Assembly: GCA_951406725.2 (NCBI GenBank)
Contig: OX597820.1
Location: 15,686,001 to 15,750,000, forward strand
Reading direction: 5' to 3'
DNA: 64,000 bases
DNA from: Octopus vulgaris
Taxonomy: Eukaryota
The number at the start of each line of letters is the position of its first letter. Position 1 is the first letter of the stretch. Made by a program: the position numbers and the translations under genes. The notes beneath the pieces were generated by a model. That model saw nothing but the letters and a program-made list of their open reading frames with translations, made no database searches and was not told the origin of the DNA. Shown piece after piece: positions 1 through 14,162 of the stretch.

Positions 1-62
1 AATGACTGAAACAAGTAAAAGAGTAAAGAGTACATTCATATTTTCTGTTACTTCCATCTCAC

Positions 63-235
63 TTATTTCTTTACTACACACAGAGGGGACAAACAAGGAC
101 AGACAAACAGATTAAGTTGATTATATCGACCCCAGTGTGTAACTGGTACTTAATTTATCGATTCCGAAAGGATGAAAGGCAAATACCGTTAAGCATTTCG
201 CCCGGTGTGCTAACGTTTCTGCCAGCTTGCCGCCT
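63..235 (-). mobile_element. SINE family A copy (internally deleted)
   Basis: Matches the recurrent head ggcggcgagctggcagaaacgttagc, core gcctttcatcctttcggggtcgataaattaagtaccag and tail tgtctgtccttgtttgtcc seen many times in the window. Confidence 0.85.
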
Positions 236-506
236 TTTTTAACTTTCATACTAGTGTACATGTGTTTGTGTATATCTTATTGGTAAATTGTTAGTAAGAA
301 AGGATTAACATTATCCATGGATGAATTTAAATGTTTATGTCATCAGGATTGAAGTGCAGCAATAATTCCAAACATTGCAAGTATTTTTAATACATACTGT
401 TCTGTCACAGCCTTCATTTGTGTATGAAAGTATGTATCATGTTGTTTTATAATGCATCGACTTATAGGTGTGTGAGTGTGTGTATGTATAATATAAAAAT
501 GCATTA

Positions 507-720
507 GGCGGTAAGCTGGCAGAAACGTTAGCATGCTAGGTAAAATGCTTAGTGGTATTTCGTCTGTCTTTACGTTCTGAGTTCAAATTCCACCGAGGTT
601 GACTTTGCCTTTCATCCTTTCGGGGTCAATAAATTAAGTACCAGTTGCATACTGGGGTTGATCTAATCGACTGGCCCTCTCCCACAAAATTACAGGCCTT
701 GTGCCTAGAGTAGAAAAGAA
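507..720 (+). mobile_element. SINE family A, alternative tail
   Basis: tRNA-like head with B-box-like gagttcaaattcc, shared core, tail ending gcctagagtagaaaagaat. Confidence 0.85.
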
Positions 721-1286
721 TATATGAATGCATACATATATAATATATGGACCTCATGCATGTAGTCAAGCATCTAAATATGAATACACATGCATATAAT
801 CACTGACACACACACAAACAAACAAAATCATAATAATTAATACACTATACTTGCATAATAATAAAAATTCTTTCTACTATAGAAGAAAAAGGCCTGAAAT
901 TTTGGGGGAGGGGTCTAGTCAATTACATCAACTCCCACAACTCAACTGGTACTTAGTTTATCAACCTTGAAATTATGAAAGGCAAATTCAATCTCAGCAG
1001 AATCTGAATTCGGAATGTAAAGTCTGAAGAAATGCCACTAAGCATTTTCCTCAACATGCCAACAATTGTCAGGTCACAACCTTTATATTCATAACGGTTT
1101 CTGAAATTGCCACACAAGGGCAGCAGTTTCAGAGAAGAGGGTAAGTCCATTACACCAACCCCAACCCCAGTGCTCAACTGGTACTGAAGGAATGAAAAGC
1201 AAAGTCTACTTCAGCAGAATTTGAACTCATAACATAAGGAATCAAAAGAAATGTTGTTAAGCATTTGTCCAAATAATGATGTAGCG

Positions 1287-1402
1287 CAGTGGCTCCCAGC
1301 CTTTTCAGTGGTTCCCAACCATTATATTTAAATGAGTTTTCCTATGGACCCCTTTTTATATGCTTATCCTTATGTGTGTGTGTGTTTGTGTGTATGTATG
1401 TG

Positions 1403-1445
<43 letters not shown>

Positions 1446-1701
1446 TTTGTAGAAAACATAAATCAGAAAAAAGAGGCACACTCTAAGATGTAGAGCAGTA
1501 TATATTAAAAATAGGGAAGGCCAGTTTAAGGGATTACTTTAGGTTTCCTGTCCATAAAGGGTCTAATCCCATAAACCAGCCTTCCCCATTTTTAATATAT
1601 ATATATATATATGAAATTTTGAATTTAGCTTATCAGGCGCCAATACTACCTTTTGTGAACCACCAGGGGCCTGCCCCAAGACCCCGGGTTGGGAACCACT
1701 G
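1287..1701. mobile_element. hAT-type MITE
   Basis: Termini CAGTGG(C/T)TCCCA ... TGGGAACCACTG; 8-bp TSD atgtagcg / atgtagtg; internal (TA)n. Confidence 0.8.
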
Positions 1702-2677
1702 ATGTAGTGTATAGGCATGCAAGCATCGAAAAGTGGATGCCAATGACAATGATGATGATATGCACACATATACGCAATAATCACCACATGTAAACATGCA
1801 CTAATTATAACACACACACACATTAATCCTTATAAACCTAAGTACATGTAGCTATCACCACAACTATAACCATTTACTGTTGCCACTGTTATTATTCTGT
1901 TACTGAAAAGTCTGTATGACACTTCACCTAAGAAAAGTAGTAATAAGGGTAACAAGAAATAAGACAGAGAAAAACCATAACTGTAATAGCAATCAAAGTG
2001 ACAATAATTTAGGGTAAAGGAAGGAAGCTGAATCAACAAGTCAGGATGGTTTTACCATTCTTTATGTAGTATACACCCTACCAACTAGCAATTTAATCTT
2101 TTGGGTGTATAAAAATGGGGCAGGTTATGATGGGAATTTTCAGAGCTACAATTGTTTCTATCACACACAAACACATATATAGACATACATATACACAAAC
2201 ATATTTATGAAATGTATGTATATATCATCTGATGTTATAAAACTAAATTATTTAAACCATTTCCAAGTGTGACAGTATATATGTATATATGTACAGAATT
2301 TTGCATAGCCACATAAAAAGTATATATACAGATTGTAAGCAGTCTCAAAAGATGTGTTTATACAGCAAAATGACATTCCAAGTTAAAAAAAAAAAGAAGA
2401 CAAGAAAAAAAGTTACATAGAATTTGCTTGAGAAAAATGAATTTAAACATTATCAGTGCTTTCCCTTTCAACAATGACAGCATTATATCACACATACCTA
2501 CATACATACATGCAGTGTTGTCTTGTTTTCCTCAGAATCTATATAAATTAGCATTGGCTAGATTTTAGTCAACAGCAAGTAACAGTAACATCCTTGTGTA
2601 GCTTTCATTAGAAGAAGAAGACAAAACACTCAAAGTTTGTTGTAGCTTATTTTCGAATATAATTTGGCAGGAGTAGG

Positions 2678-3096
2678 TAGAGAGCAGAGAGAAAGAGAGA
2701 GATATAGAGAGCAGAGAGAAAGAGAAAGAGTGAGAGAGAGAGCAGACAGAAAGCAGAGAGAGAGAGCAGAGAGTGCAGAAAGAAAGAGATAGAGAGCAGA
2801 GAGAAAGAGAGAGTGTGTAGAGAGAAAGAGAGAGAAAACTGAAAGAGAGCAGAGAAAGAAATAGTGTAGAAAGAAAGAGAGAGCAAAAAGAGAAAGAGAG
2901 AGAGCAGAGAGAAAGCAGAGAGAAAACAGAAAGAGAGCAGAGAAAACAGACAGAGCAGAGAGAGAGAGAGATAGCAGAGAGAAAGTGATAGTACAGAAAG
3001 AAAGGGAGCAGAAAGAGAAAGAGAGAGCAGAGAGAAAGAGAGAGAGCGCAAAGAGAAAGAGTAAAGAGAAAAAGGAAGAAAGGGAGAAAGAGAGAT
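2678..3096. repeat. Degenerate (AG)n/(GAGAGCA)n purine-rich tract
   Basis: Directly visible; explains ORFs 2647..3102 and 2985..3251. Confidence 0.95.
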
Positions 3097-3571
3097 ATAC
3101 AATAACTTTTTTATATTTTAAAGTTTACAATTTTAAAGTTGCAATTTTTATTAAAAAATTCAGATTTGAACTGTTAACTACAATAATAAAACACAATCAT
3201 TTAAAACTACTTCAACATATCCACAAAAGCAATTTTATACTTCAAAAATGAAATAGGAGAAATGTGAAGTATCCAAAATTTTAAGTTGACAACATTTTTG
3301 AAGTTAAATTGAATAGCAGAAAATGTAAGTACAACTATGAACATATGCTACAAGTCCTGAAATGCTGACTACAAGTAAATTAATACTATCAAGAGATATT
3401 ATATGACTAAAGTTAAAGCTACCATAAAGTCTACTGAATCTAAAAAAATAACAAAAATAAAACATCCTTTTCAATTTAATTAAATATTGAAGCAGAAGAA
3501 AGTCAGAAGAAAGTGCTAACATAAAGAATGAAAGTATATGTATGTAACAAGTAATTTATTTAGAATCTTAC

Positions 3572-3586
3572 CTGGTACAGCAGCAT
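3572..3586 (-). CDS. Candidate short alternative first coding exon (MLLYQ)
   Basis: aaagATG CTG CTG TAC CAG|gtaag, phase 0 donor, in unique sequence; could be chance. Confidence 0.2.
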
Positions 3587-4973
3587 CTTTAAAATTTCAT
3601 GTAATCCCAAATGGAAAGGGTAATCAAGAAAATCCAAATGTTCTTTTTATTTACACTTTTATTTAAACTTTTCTTTTCCCAAAATAAAACTTAAAACATT
3701 TGACGAAATGACACAGAAAGAGAAGAGAAATGAAAATGGAAGTATCATAGGAATATGCCGAAATATTCTAATTATCATCTCGCCTGAGGTTAAAGGCTCA
3801 TATGAAAGAATTGGTTTGTTTGGCAGAATTTAGGTTGTGAGCTCTGAACTTAGACCCCTAGTTTCTCCTTGTTTACTGAATAAAGAGCCTGTGAGCAATG
3901 ACTGGTGTGTGAGGAGATACTCAAATTTGGTTAGCTGGTGGGAACATGTGTTTCTAACTATGAGAGGTTACAGAGGAGAAGGAAGAGGAGGGGGAACTTA
4001 GATGAGCCTGGAGTGGGTATGGGTGAAACAAAGTGACTACTGTGCTAGGGTAGGGGAACATCATTTAGTTAGCAGGAAGTTCTAAGCTGAATATACAATA
4101 TTATGTTTTATATATATATACATACATATATATATATAACAACTTCAGCTACAACTACTGAGAACTGACCATTAAAGTAAGGAGGAAAGAGAAGGGTAGC
4201 AGACTTCGCCACTTGTTGGATCACTACTGCCACTTATATGAATAATTGTAGCTAGTTTTAATGTTGTCTTCCTCACCAGAAATTCTTACTAATTGGTACT
4301 TATGAAATTATATGGTTACTGAATACATAGCAACAGAAATTGACCAAATCTGATAAATAATGAATGTACAAGCCAAAAATCTCTAGATATTTTTAATTTA
4401 CAGTTATTAATAAATAAGGTCTTATATTAGAAATAGTTATTTTTTTCACTCATTTTCTACTAATTTTTGTAGTATTTTTTCATACTAATTTGTGGTAAAA
4501 ATATTTTCACATTAAAGTATTTTTCAACCTTCCTTTTAGCAAATGAAATGAAAAGGAGTAAGCAAGCTGACAGCCTGAGTCCAGGTGAAAAAGGAAAATA
4601 AAAGAAGTAGATAGATTCTTGCTGGAAGCAAATCTTGAATTATTGTTATCAAGTATGATTAACTTTTTACACTGATTTGACAACAGTGTTTCATTCACAA
4701 CAGCTGTTGGATTAGTAAATATTGTTTAATCCCATATTAAAAGAAATTGCTGGCAACCTTAAGGATATCGGATTTTCTTTTTAGAGTAATATATGTAATT
4801 ATGGGAGAGATGAAAGCAACAGATAAATGACAGAACAGAAGAAGGAGAAAGGAAGAATAGAAAGATAAAAAGATAATGCAAGCAACAAAAGGAAAGATAG
4901 AAAGATAAAGAAAAAACAGAGGCAAACAACAAACTAAGGAAAAGTGGAATAAAGAGAGAAAAAAATAAAGAAA

Positions 4974-5352
4974 TACTGAGTTATTTATTAAAATTTTTCT
5001 TGCTAAATTTTAAAAATTAAAACCTAAAATTTCCTTCAAAATATAATTAGTAAATTATATTGTAATATTTCTGTTAATAGTTATTACTGATAAATTAAAT
5101 GCTGAGTTATTTATTAAAAATTTTACTTGCTAAATTTTAAAAATCAAAACCTAAAATTTCCTTCAAAATAAATTAGTAAATTATATTGTAATATTTCTGT
5201 TAATAGTTATTACTGATAAATTAAATGCTGAGTTATTTATTAAAATTTTACTTGCTAAATTTTAAAAATCAAAACCTAAAATTTCCTTCAAAATAAATTA
5301 GTAAATTATATTGTAATATTTCTGTTAATAGTTATTACTGATAAATTAAATG
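4974..5352. repeat. Tandem repeat, ~126 bp x3, AT-rich
   Basis: Unit ctgagttatttattaaaa...actgataaattaaatg repeated three times nearly identically. Confidence 0.95.
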
Positions 5353-5929
5353 TTTAGATAATATATTTACATGAAATTATCAATATCACTATGTTGTTAG
5401 TGTTGTTTAGTCCAGCTCAGCTAAGCTCTAATCAAACATTTATGGTATTAAATGTAATCCACAGATTTATAAATCCCTATATACTATGCATATGCACAAT
5501 TTGGGACTACACTGCTCATACCATCAGGGAGTAAATTCTCTTGCTTAACTCCAGGTCAGCCCTCAATGAACAGACCTATATTAAAAAAGAATATTCCAGC
5601 TGTGGCTGTCCTGACTTTCTTTTTCAAGCATAGGGTGTCTTGGACCATTATTCAATGTGCCACTTATTTTTAAGATTAAAGATTTGGCTGCTATTTTTAG
5701 CAGGTTGACTGACCATATAAAAAGCTCTTTTGTTGGTTTATAGTACAATGTTACAGAATGGGGTGACACATAGCAGTCTCAGCATGTTTGTTCTCCACTC
5801 TCCTGTCTCTTCTTGTAATACTTATTATTGTTTAGTGCCTATTTAACTGTAACTAAAGGCATTTCAGCCACAACCGTCATGCATTTTGGGAGTAAATCTA
5901 TAACTACATTTTCCTTCTTTTCCGTCTTT

Positions 5930-6528
5930 GGACACTAAAAACTCTGCTTGCGAAGACCTGTTGAGGCAAATGAAATCAAAATCACATTCGATGACTGGCG
6001 TCCGTGCTAGCAGGGTGCAAAGAGCACCATACGAGCGTGATCATTGACAGAGCGGCTAACCGGCTTCCGTGCCAGTGGCACATAAAAGGCACCATTCGAG
6101 TGTGATCATAACCAGCGTTGCCTTACTGGCACTTGTGCCCATGTTAGTAGGGTGCCAAGAGCACCATCCGAGCGTGGTCGTTGCCAGAGCAGCCAACCAG
6201 CTTCTGTGCCGGTGGCACGTAATAGGGCACCATTCGAGCGTGATCGTTACCAACGTCACCTTACTGGCACCTGTGCTGGTGGCATGTGTAAAAAGATTCG
6301 AGTGAGGTCATTGCCAGTACTGCCTGACTGGCCCCCATACCAGTGGCACATAAAAGGCACCCACTACACTCTCGGAGTGGTTGGCGTTAGGAAGGGCATC
6401 CAGCTGTAGAAACTCTGTCAAATCAAGATTGGAGCCTGGTGCAGCCATTTGGTTCACCAGCCCTCAGTCAAAATCGTCCAACCCATGCTAGCATGGAAAA
6501 CAGACGTTAAACGATGATGATGATGATG
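5930..6528 (+). mobile_element. RTE LINE 3' UTR / RTE-tail repeat (family C)
   Basis: Internal repeats gtgccggtggcacgtaaaa, motif gttggcgttaggaagggcatccagctgtagaaa, (GAT)n tail; same as the 3' UTR of the RTE at 7918-8745. Confidence 0.8.
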
Positions 6529-6967
6529 ACATTATCCAACATGTTCTATTTTTGAGATAAGGTTTGAGGGAAACTTGGCTCCTATTCCTAGGTCTCCCTT
6601 TACTTTCTGGTGATGATCACAGTGTAGGACAAGGTGGACTTCTTCACAGTGCAACAGCAACTGTTCTTACTGACAACATACATCCTGTTCCTCATTGATA
6701 GTGAACCTCCATCCCAACACAGCATTTGGAGCTAATGAGGGTGTTGTAGCCTTTCCTTTCATTCTCTTTTCTTTTAGTTTCTTTTTGCTGATAATTGGTC
6801 TGGTCTCAGTGGTAAGAAAACTGTTGTCCACACCCACATAATTTAGACACTCCTACAAATAACATTTTGTTACACAGCTTTTTTGTTAGTCATTCCAACA
6901 AGTTCATCTTTATCATTTCTACTTATCTTAAGACTTCTTTGGTCAAATTATTTTCTACCTAACATAA

Positions 6968-7202
6968 CCCTTTGACTGTGTGTCACATGACTTATACAGG
7001 ACATATGTCCCTGGAATTGATGCATCATATATGATACACATTCTCTGTTTTTTTTTTTTCAACTACACCAGGGTAACTTGGGACTAATGAAAAAAAGCTC
7101 TATATTTCTCAGAATGTACAAAACAAAGGCTAACTAAAAGTTTGAAAACAAGAATGGTTATTTAGGACTAATACATAAAAATGCATTTGGAAAGGCAAAG
7201 GG
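6968..7202. mobile_element. piggyBac-type MITE
   Basis: ataa|CCCTTTGACT ... AGGCAAAGGG|ttaa; 9/10 TIR match, TTAA-like target. Confidence 0.6.
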
Positions 7203-7228
7203 TTAAAACTTTTTTTTTTTATCAATTA

Positions 7229-7389
7229 CTGTATTTTAACATGCATAAGGAACCCTTTTTTATCAAACATTAGATTAAAAAAATATGGGAGTTTCTTATA
7301 CACGGATAGTATTATAATCCCTTACAAAACCATTTTTCCAAATTTTAAGCTGAAAGAATTAGGGGGTTCCTATACATGTTAAAATACAG
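7229..7389. mobile_element. Tc1/mariner-type MITE
   Basis: ~27-bp TIRs ctgtattttaacatg(c/t)ata(a)ggaaccc, TA on both sides. Confidence 0.8.
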
Positions 7390-7917
7390 TATATAACATA
7401 ATTATAACAACTATCATTTTGCATATGCCAGCTAAAACTCAGCCCTTTTTTTTAAAAACTTATTTACTCTCAGTTTGCATTTCAATTTCACATTGCATAT
7501 TATATTTAAATTATTCTCTCTTCAAAGCTACTAAAGACCTTTAGTTTTTGTTCTGTAGTCATCGTCATTTAATGTCTGTTGTCCATGCTGGCATGGGTTG
7601 GACGGTTTGACCAGGGTTGGCAAGCTGGAAGGCTGCACCAGGCTCCAGTCTGATTTGGCATAGTTTCTACGGCTGGATACCCTTCCTAATACCAACCACC
7701 CTGAGAGTGTCATGAGTGCTTTTACATGCCACCAGCACAGGTGCTATTTGCATGACGCTGGTATCTGCCATCACACAAAACACACTCATAGAATTTACTT
7801 CTGCTTGAATAATTAACCTAATTTTTATGAGTGTGATGGGCCTAATATGCTCTTTCTCTCTCTCTATTCTTATGCCTGTTTTACAGTTGTTGAGTCATGG
7901 ACCTCCATGCCTAAGTC

Positions 7918-8745
7918 TGATCATCATCATCATCATTTAATGTCTGCTTTCCATGCTGGCATGGGTTGGACGGTTCAACTTGGGTCTGGGAAGCCAGAAG
8001 GCTGCACCAGGCCCAGTCTGATCTGGCAGTGTTTCTACAGCTGGATGCCTTTCCTAACGTCAACCACTCCATGAGTGTAGTGGGTGCTTTTTACGTGCCA
8101 CCGGCACAAGTGCCAGTCGGGGCTGGCAGACAGCCACGATCGGATGGTGCTTTTTACGTGCCACCGGCACAGGGACCAGATGAAGCTGGCAACGGCCAGT
8201 CGGGCGGCGCTGGCTACGGCCACGTTTGGATGGTTCTCTTACGTGCCACCGGCACTGGTATCACAGATGCAAATTCCATTGATGTTGATAGATTACGATT
8301 TTGATTTTGATCTTCACTTGCCTCAACAGGTTTTCACAAGTGGAGTTTTGTGTCCCAAGAAGGAAAGGAATGCATAAGTGGGCTGGCTACATCCCAGATG
8401 TAGGCCACAGGATTATGGCCTCACTTGTCCTGCCGGGTCTTCTCATGCACAGCATATTTCCAAAGGTCTCGGTCGCTGGTCATTTCCTCGGTGAGACCTA
8501 AAGTTTGAAGGTCGTGCTTCACCACCTCGTCCCAGGTTTTCCTGGGTCTACCTCTTCCACAGGTTCCCTCAACCGCTAGGGTGTGGCACTTTTTCACACA
8601 ACTATCTTCATCCATTCTCGCCACATGACCATACCAGCGCAAACGTCTCTCTTGCACACCACAACTGATGCTTCTTAGGTCTAACTTTTCTCTCAAAGAA
8701 CTTACACTCTGTCGAGTATGAACACTGATGAAGATCCATAATTTT
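7918..8745 (-). mobile_element. 5'-truncated RTE-clade LINE (ORF C-terminus plus 3' UTR)
   Basis: ORF 8421..8762 contains RRLRWYGHVARM...GRGRPRKTW...DRDLW, typical of RTE; 3' UTR ends in (GAT)n. Confidence 0.9.
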
Positions 8746-8786
8746 TCTGAGGAAAGAGACAACAGCTGTTTCCTGTTGCTAGTTTA

Positions 8787-9185
8787 TTCTCTTTACTCTT
8801 TTTACTTGTTTCAGTCATTTGATTGTGGCCATGCTGGAGCACTGCCTTTAGTCGAGCAAATCAACCCCAGGATTTATTCTTTGTAAGCTTAGTATTTATT
8901 CTATTGGTCTCTTTTGCTGAACCGCTAAGTTACAGGGACGTAAACACACCAGCATCGGTTGTCAAGCAATGTGGGGGGGGGGGGAAACAAACACAGACAC
9001 AAACATATACATATATATACAACGGGCTTCTTTCAGTTTCCGTCTACCAAATCCACTCGCAAGGCTTTGGTCGGCCTGAGGCTATAGTAGAAGACACTTA
9101 CCCAAGGTGCCACGCAGTGGGACTGAACCCGGAACCATGTGGTTGGTAAGCAAGCTACTTACCACACAGCCACTCCGACGCCTAT
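8787..9185 (-). mobile_element. SINE family B (tRNA head, CORE-like domain), full length
   Basis: Head ggagtggctgtgtggtaag...gggttcagtccc, CORE-like ggcaccttggg(c)aagtgtctt, tail gactgaaacaagtaaaagagtaaagag; other copies near 12836, 13320, 26925, 32810, 34694, 36610, 50228, 58153, 62120. Confidence 0.85.
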
Positions 9186-10042
9186 ATATGCAGTTTTCTC
9201 AGCTCATCTCCTGCCCTCTCAAGCTTACCCTTAAAGTACAGAGATTATGTAACCCTTTGGAAAGAAGATAGGTTCATGGGACATCAGGATGTCATTGCCA
9301 CTATTATTAGAAAAGTGCCAATTACACATTTAATCCTTTGTTCTTGTTTCATCTCTTGATGATCCTTATGGCAATATTTAGGGATTATTTAAGGTAGCGA
9401 TCTGGCAGAATTATTAGCACACTGGGCAAAATTCTTACAGCATTTCATCTGTCTTCATGTTCTGAGTTAAAATTCCACTGAGGACAGTTTTGTCTTTCAT
9501 CTTTTGGGGTTGATAAAATATGTTCCAGTTGAATACTAGGGTCGATGTAATCAACTTACTCCTCCCCTAAAATTGCAGGCCCAGTGCCAAAATTTGAAAC
9601 CAATATTAAGGAGTTGTCCTGTTTCTTCTTTATAAGCCCTATCACAAATGCATGGGATGTTTTATAAGCAGTTTTTCCATTCTTTCATCTATTGAGAGGG
9701 TTCAACTTTGGTGAGACAATGACAGACATCAGTTTTATTTCTGAATGTTATGTCAACCACAGATACAATATATCTTCTAAGCCAGAAGCTTACAAGCAAG
9801 GTACAGTTAACTTTACTTTTCCAGACTTATCAAATAACCACTAAGATGCTAAGGTGAACTCAGTACATTATAACTGCTTCCTTTCAGAGTTTTTGTGTCT
9901 ACCCAAAAGCTATTTCAACATTGAGTTTAGGTTGATACTAGCTGCTGGACCCAGTGTTGCTCATGCTTTCCATGTCGAAGTTGAGCCCATCTCTGACCTT
10001 TTATTGAAATCTTCTACATTCCCTGTGCCAACTATTACCCAT

Positions 10043-10498
10043 TGAGATGTTATACCTGGTTCGACAGGCTGTTGCAGGATGAGTAGATGGTGGCAGGCGG
10101 AGGAAAAATGGTCAGAGCAGGCAACAGAGTTTTGTTGACGGAGCAGAGTTTTTGCAACCAACAACGTGTTCAGTGGTGCAGAGGACACAAATGTAAATAA
10201 GCATTTCTTTAGAGACTGTTCTATCAATTTTGTTGAAATTTTACATGTGAGAAAATGCGAAAGCTGCAGGAAAAATAACATCATTATGGGAATTTCCATT
10301 CAAATGCCCAACTGAGCTCACAAAACTCGATGCCAACTGAGCATTATTGAGTTTTCGAAAAATTTCGGCCTTATTTGAACTTCAGGGCATGTGATCTACC
10401 TATGTGCCAAAAATCATTAAAATCGGTTGGGCAGTGTGGGAGGAGTTAGGGTAACCTCAAACACACACAGACACCATTACATATTTATGTATATAGAT
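10043..10498 (-). mobile_element. Degenerate non-autonomous Helitron
   Basis: Minus-strand 5' end a|TCTATATACATAAATATG followed by (TG)n; subterminal hairpin cctg-gttcga-cagg; terminal CTAG degenerate. Confidence 0.5.
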
Positions 10499-11283
10499 AT
10501 AGCTAGTTAAAAAGTATGATGTAGATTAGATTTGGAACATTACATTTCCAGTGAGTAAATGTTGTTACATTAGAGTTGCAGAAAATTAGTAACCAATACA
10601 TAGCAAATAAATCAATGTTGATTCTACATGAAATATTCACATTCAAATATTACGCAGCCCCTTACTTAAGCAGATCTATTATCAAAGGTGTTCCACTCAT
10701 GTCAATCTTGTCCTTTCCTATTTCAGGAACTACATTGCTAATCGAATGTGTCTGTCGTTTGTTAAGACAGCATAGTGTAATATAAGGTTGATTTTAGCTA
10801 CTTTTTCTAGGAGGTTGTTCATCCATGTAGAAGCTCCCTTCTTGACTCAACATTGAAATATATTTATAAATGTAACATTCAGGTAGAGAAATGTTTAACC
10901 TATTAAATCAAGTACACAAAATTTATTTCAACATATACTTTAGATCCAGTTTGACAATACTTAAATCATTCATTATTTTAATCATAAAAGGCTAGCTATT
11001 AGTTTAAATATTCATGTGATCTTTATCAAATAATTTATGTAAAACGACATTCTTTGGTATTTTATCATCACACAAAACCATAGACAATTATCAGTGCATT
11101 CAATTAATTTTTACAATAACGAGAATATCTCGCATTGTAGAGTTGTTTCCCATAAACTAGTCAGAAGTGGTCTGTTCTTACATTTGCAAAAGCATGTCAT
11201 GTTTTCAAACCAACAATGCATAGAAATACTACATTTCTAAATCTCTCAGAGAGATTTATACAGTAGCAGTACAATGAAGTGAA

Positions 11284-11464
11284 GGTATGTTGCCAACTTA
11301 ATGTGACAGTCCCATGAAAGGGAAGAATACTACTGCTATTTAGCCAAAGGTAATGCCATTTCAGAAAATGTGTCATGGCCAACTGGCAATGGTGTTTCCT
11401 AGGACTAAATAGCAGTAGCATTCTTCCCTTTCATGGGACTGCCACATTAAGTTGGCAACATACC
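11284..11464. mobile_element. Foldback element/MITE with ~60-bp inverted arms
   Basis: ggtatgttgccaacttaatgtg...gctatttag matches the reverse complement at 11405-11464 with about 2 mismatches; no TSD seen. Confidence 0.75.
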
Positions 11465-12368
11465 ATCTGTTCAACAATGCATAGATAACACTGATTCCAT
11501 GGGCCTAGCTCAGTGATAGCAAACTACTTTTAGCTTATGTCAAAATTTAAATTTCCTTTATAATCCTGATATTGGAGTATTACATGTATCTCAGTTACAG
11601 GTAAATGCTTATGGAGAAGGCACGTGGCCTGCTGTTTAGAATGTTGTAATGAGGATTGCAGTAGTATTAGTAGTAATATGGGTGTATGCATTGTAACGGT
11701 GCATCACTGCATCTACCATTTGTTGGTGGTTCCCTATTCCTGGTGGATGGCACCTTTGCACCACTCAGGTAACAACTCTCTGAACCCATGGGTCTATTTG
11801 GGTAGTTGTTGTTGGTGAGGGTTTTACAAAGTCAGAGTGCAAATCCTACCACAGTCACTTTTAGCCACTTTTGTGACACACAGGGAAAGTGTTGAGTCTG
11901 TTCTTTGGCATGCTGCAGTAGAGCAACGGGTGATGAAGAGTTTTGTTCAAGAACACTATATGCCACTTGGTCTGAGAATTGAACCCACAATCTGGCAATC
12001 AGAAGTGCAACACCCTAACCACTAGGCCATATGACTTAGGACTTGAGACAGTAATATCCAAGGGTTGATGATGATAAATTTTGAGGATAGTCTTTTTATA
12101 ATATAACATTGCAGGGAGACTTTTTGTATTCAAAGTCACGTTACCTAAAAGCCCATAGCATGTCCTAAGTTCAACATCACTAGCCTCAAAAAACTGTTCC
12201 TAAAATAACTTGGGAAAGACAAGAACCAAGTAAGACTTTCCACTTAAGTAACATTCCACACGTTAGAGTTTGTAATGAAGCTAGCATTAAATCCACACCC
12301 TCACATTTCTTCATCAGAAATGTATTGGCATCTCATTCACAATTTTGCTAATATATTTGCTTTGTAAC

Positions 12369-12705
12369 ATGGTGAGCTGACAGAAACGGGGTCGACAATT
12401 TAAGTACCAGTTACGCACTGGGGTCAATGTACTCAACTTAAACCCTTTCTCTGTCCTTGTTTGTCTCCTCTATGTTTAGCTCCATGTGGGCAATAAAGAA
12501 TTAAGAAATGTTAGTACACTGGGTGAAATGCTTAGTGGTATTTTGTCAGTTTTTACGTTCTGAGTTCAAATACCACCGAGGTCGACTTTGCGTTTCATCC
12601 TTTCAGGTTCGATAAATTAAGTAATAGTTGCACACTAGTGTCAATCTAATCGACTGGCCCCCTCCCCACAAAATTTCAGGCCTTGTGCCTAGAGTAGAAA
12701 AGAAT
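12369..12705 (+). mobile_element. SINE family A dimer
   Basis: Two units with different tails; flanking duplication aatatatttgctttgt near 12349 and 12703. Confidence 0.8.
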
Positions 12706-13757
12706 ATATTTGCTTTGTTGAAAATGTGAATGCATGTTACACAATAAACATTTAAGTATAAGGTACTTGTTGCTGTGAACAGATTCTTAAAAACATTACT
12801 CAAAATAACTCAACATTTTAGAAAATTCATTCATCAGGCGCAGGAGTGGCTGTGTGGTAAGTAGCTTCCTTACCAACCACATGATTCCGGGTTCAGTCGC
12901 ACTGCGTGGCACTTTGGACAAGTGTCTTCTACTATAGCCTCGGGCTGACCAAAGCCTTGTGAGTGAATTTGGTAGACGAAAACTGGAAACTGATTGTGTG
13001 TGGAGGTGTGTGCATGTGTATATATATATTTTGTATGCATGTACACATGTATCTTTGTATTTGCCCGCCCTCATATCTGACAAGCGGCGTCAGTTTGCTG
13101 AGTGGTTCAGCAAAAAGAGACTGATAAAATAAGTGCCAAACTTAAAAAAAAAAAAAGTACTGGGGTCAATTTGTTTGACAAAATCCTTGAAAGCGGTACC
13201 CTGGCATGGCCACAGTCCACTCATTGAAACAATAAAAGAAAATATGCCCAATTAATTAATGAGTAAGAAAACTACTTGTAAAAAAAAATCTATTGAGGAG
13301 TTTTCTCACTCCATTATTCTTTTATTATTTCAGCTATTTAACTGCGGCCATGCTGGAGCACCACCTTTAGTCAAGCAAATCGACCCCAGGACTTACTCTT
13401 TGTAAGCCTAGTACTTATTCTATCAGTCTCTTTTGCTGAACTGCTAAGTTACGGGGGATGTAAACACATAAGCATCAGTTGTCAAGCAATGTTGGGAGGA
13501 CAAACACAGACACACACACATACATACATTATATATTATATATATATATATACATGCTGTGCAGGTGGCACGTAATAAGCACCCACTACACTCACGGAGT
13601 GGTTGGCGTTAGGAAGGGCATCCAGCCGTAGAAACATTGCCAGATAAGACTGGAGCCTGGTGCAGCCTTCTGGCTTCCCCGATCCCCGGTCGAACCGTCC
13701 AACCCATGCTAGCATGGAGAACGGACGTTAAACGATGATGATGATGATGATACACGC

Positions 13758-13788
<31 letters not shown>

Positions 13789-14162
13789 TATATATATCTA
13801 CATATATATATGACAGGCTTCTTTCAGTTTCTGTCTACAAAATCCACTCACAAGGTTTGGTTGTCTTGAGGCTATAGTAGAAAACATTTGCCCAAGGTGA
13901 CACGCAATGGGATTGAACCCAGAACCATTGACATTAATATTCTCCATGACCATCCATTCCCATTCTTTGCAAATGTAATTATCAGATGTATCAAAGGATG
14001 ACAGAAACCAAATTACTGGGGGTCAAAATTCTTCAAGTAACCCCCCCCCCCTCCAGAGAAAACCAATGCTACTTCACACAAGTAAATTACTATGATTGCT
14101 GTTATTTAATTAAAAACAAACATCATCTTAAACTGTATATAATTTTCTTATTTTTTTTACAG

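Noticed and set aside
343-534. ORF ending MKAVTEQYVLKILAMFGIIAALQS
   Set aside because: Starts inside a SINE, no acceptor found, no recognisable homology.
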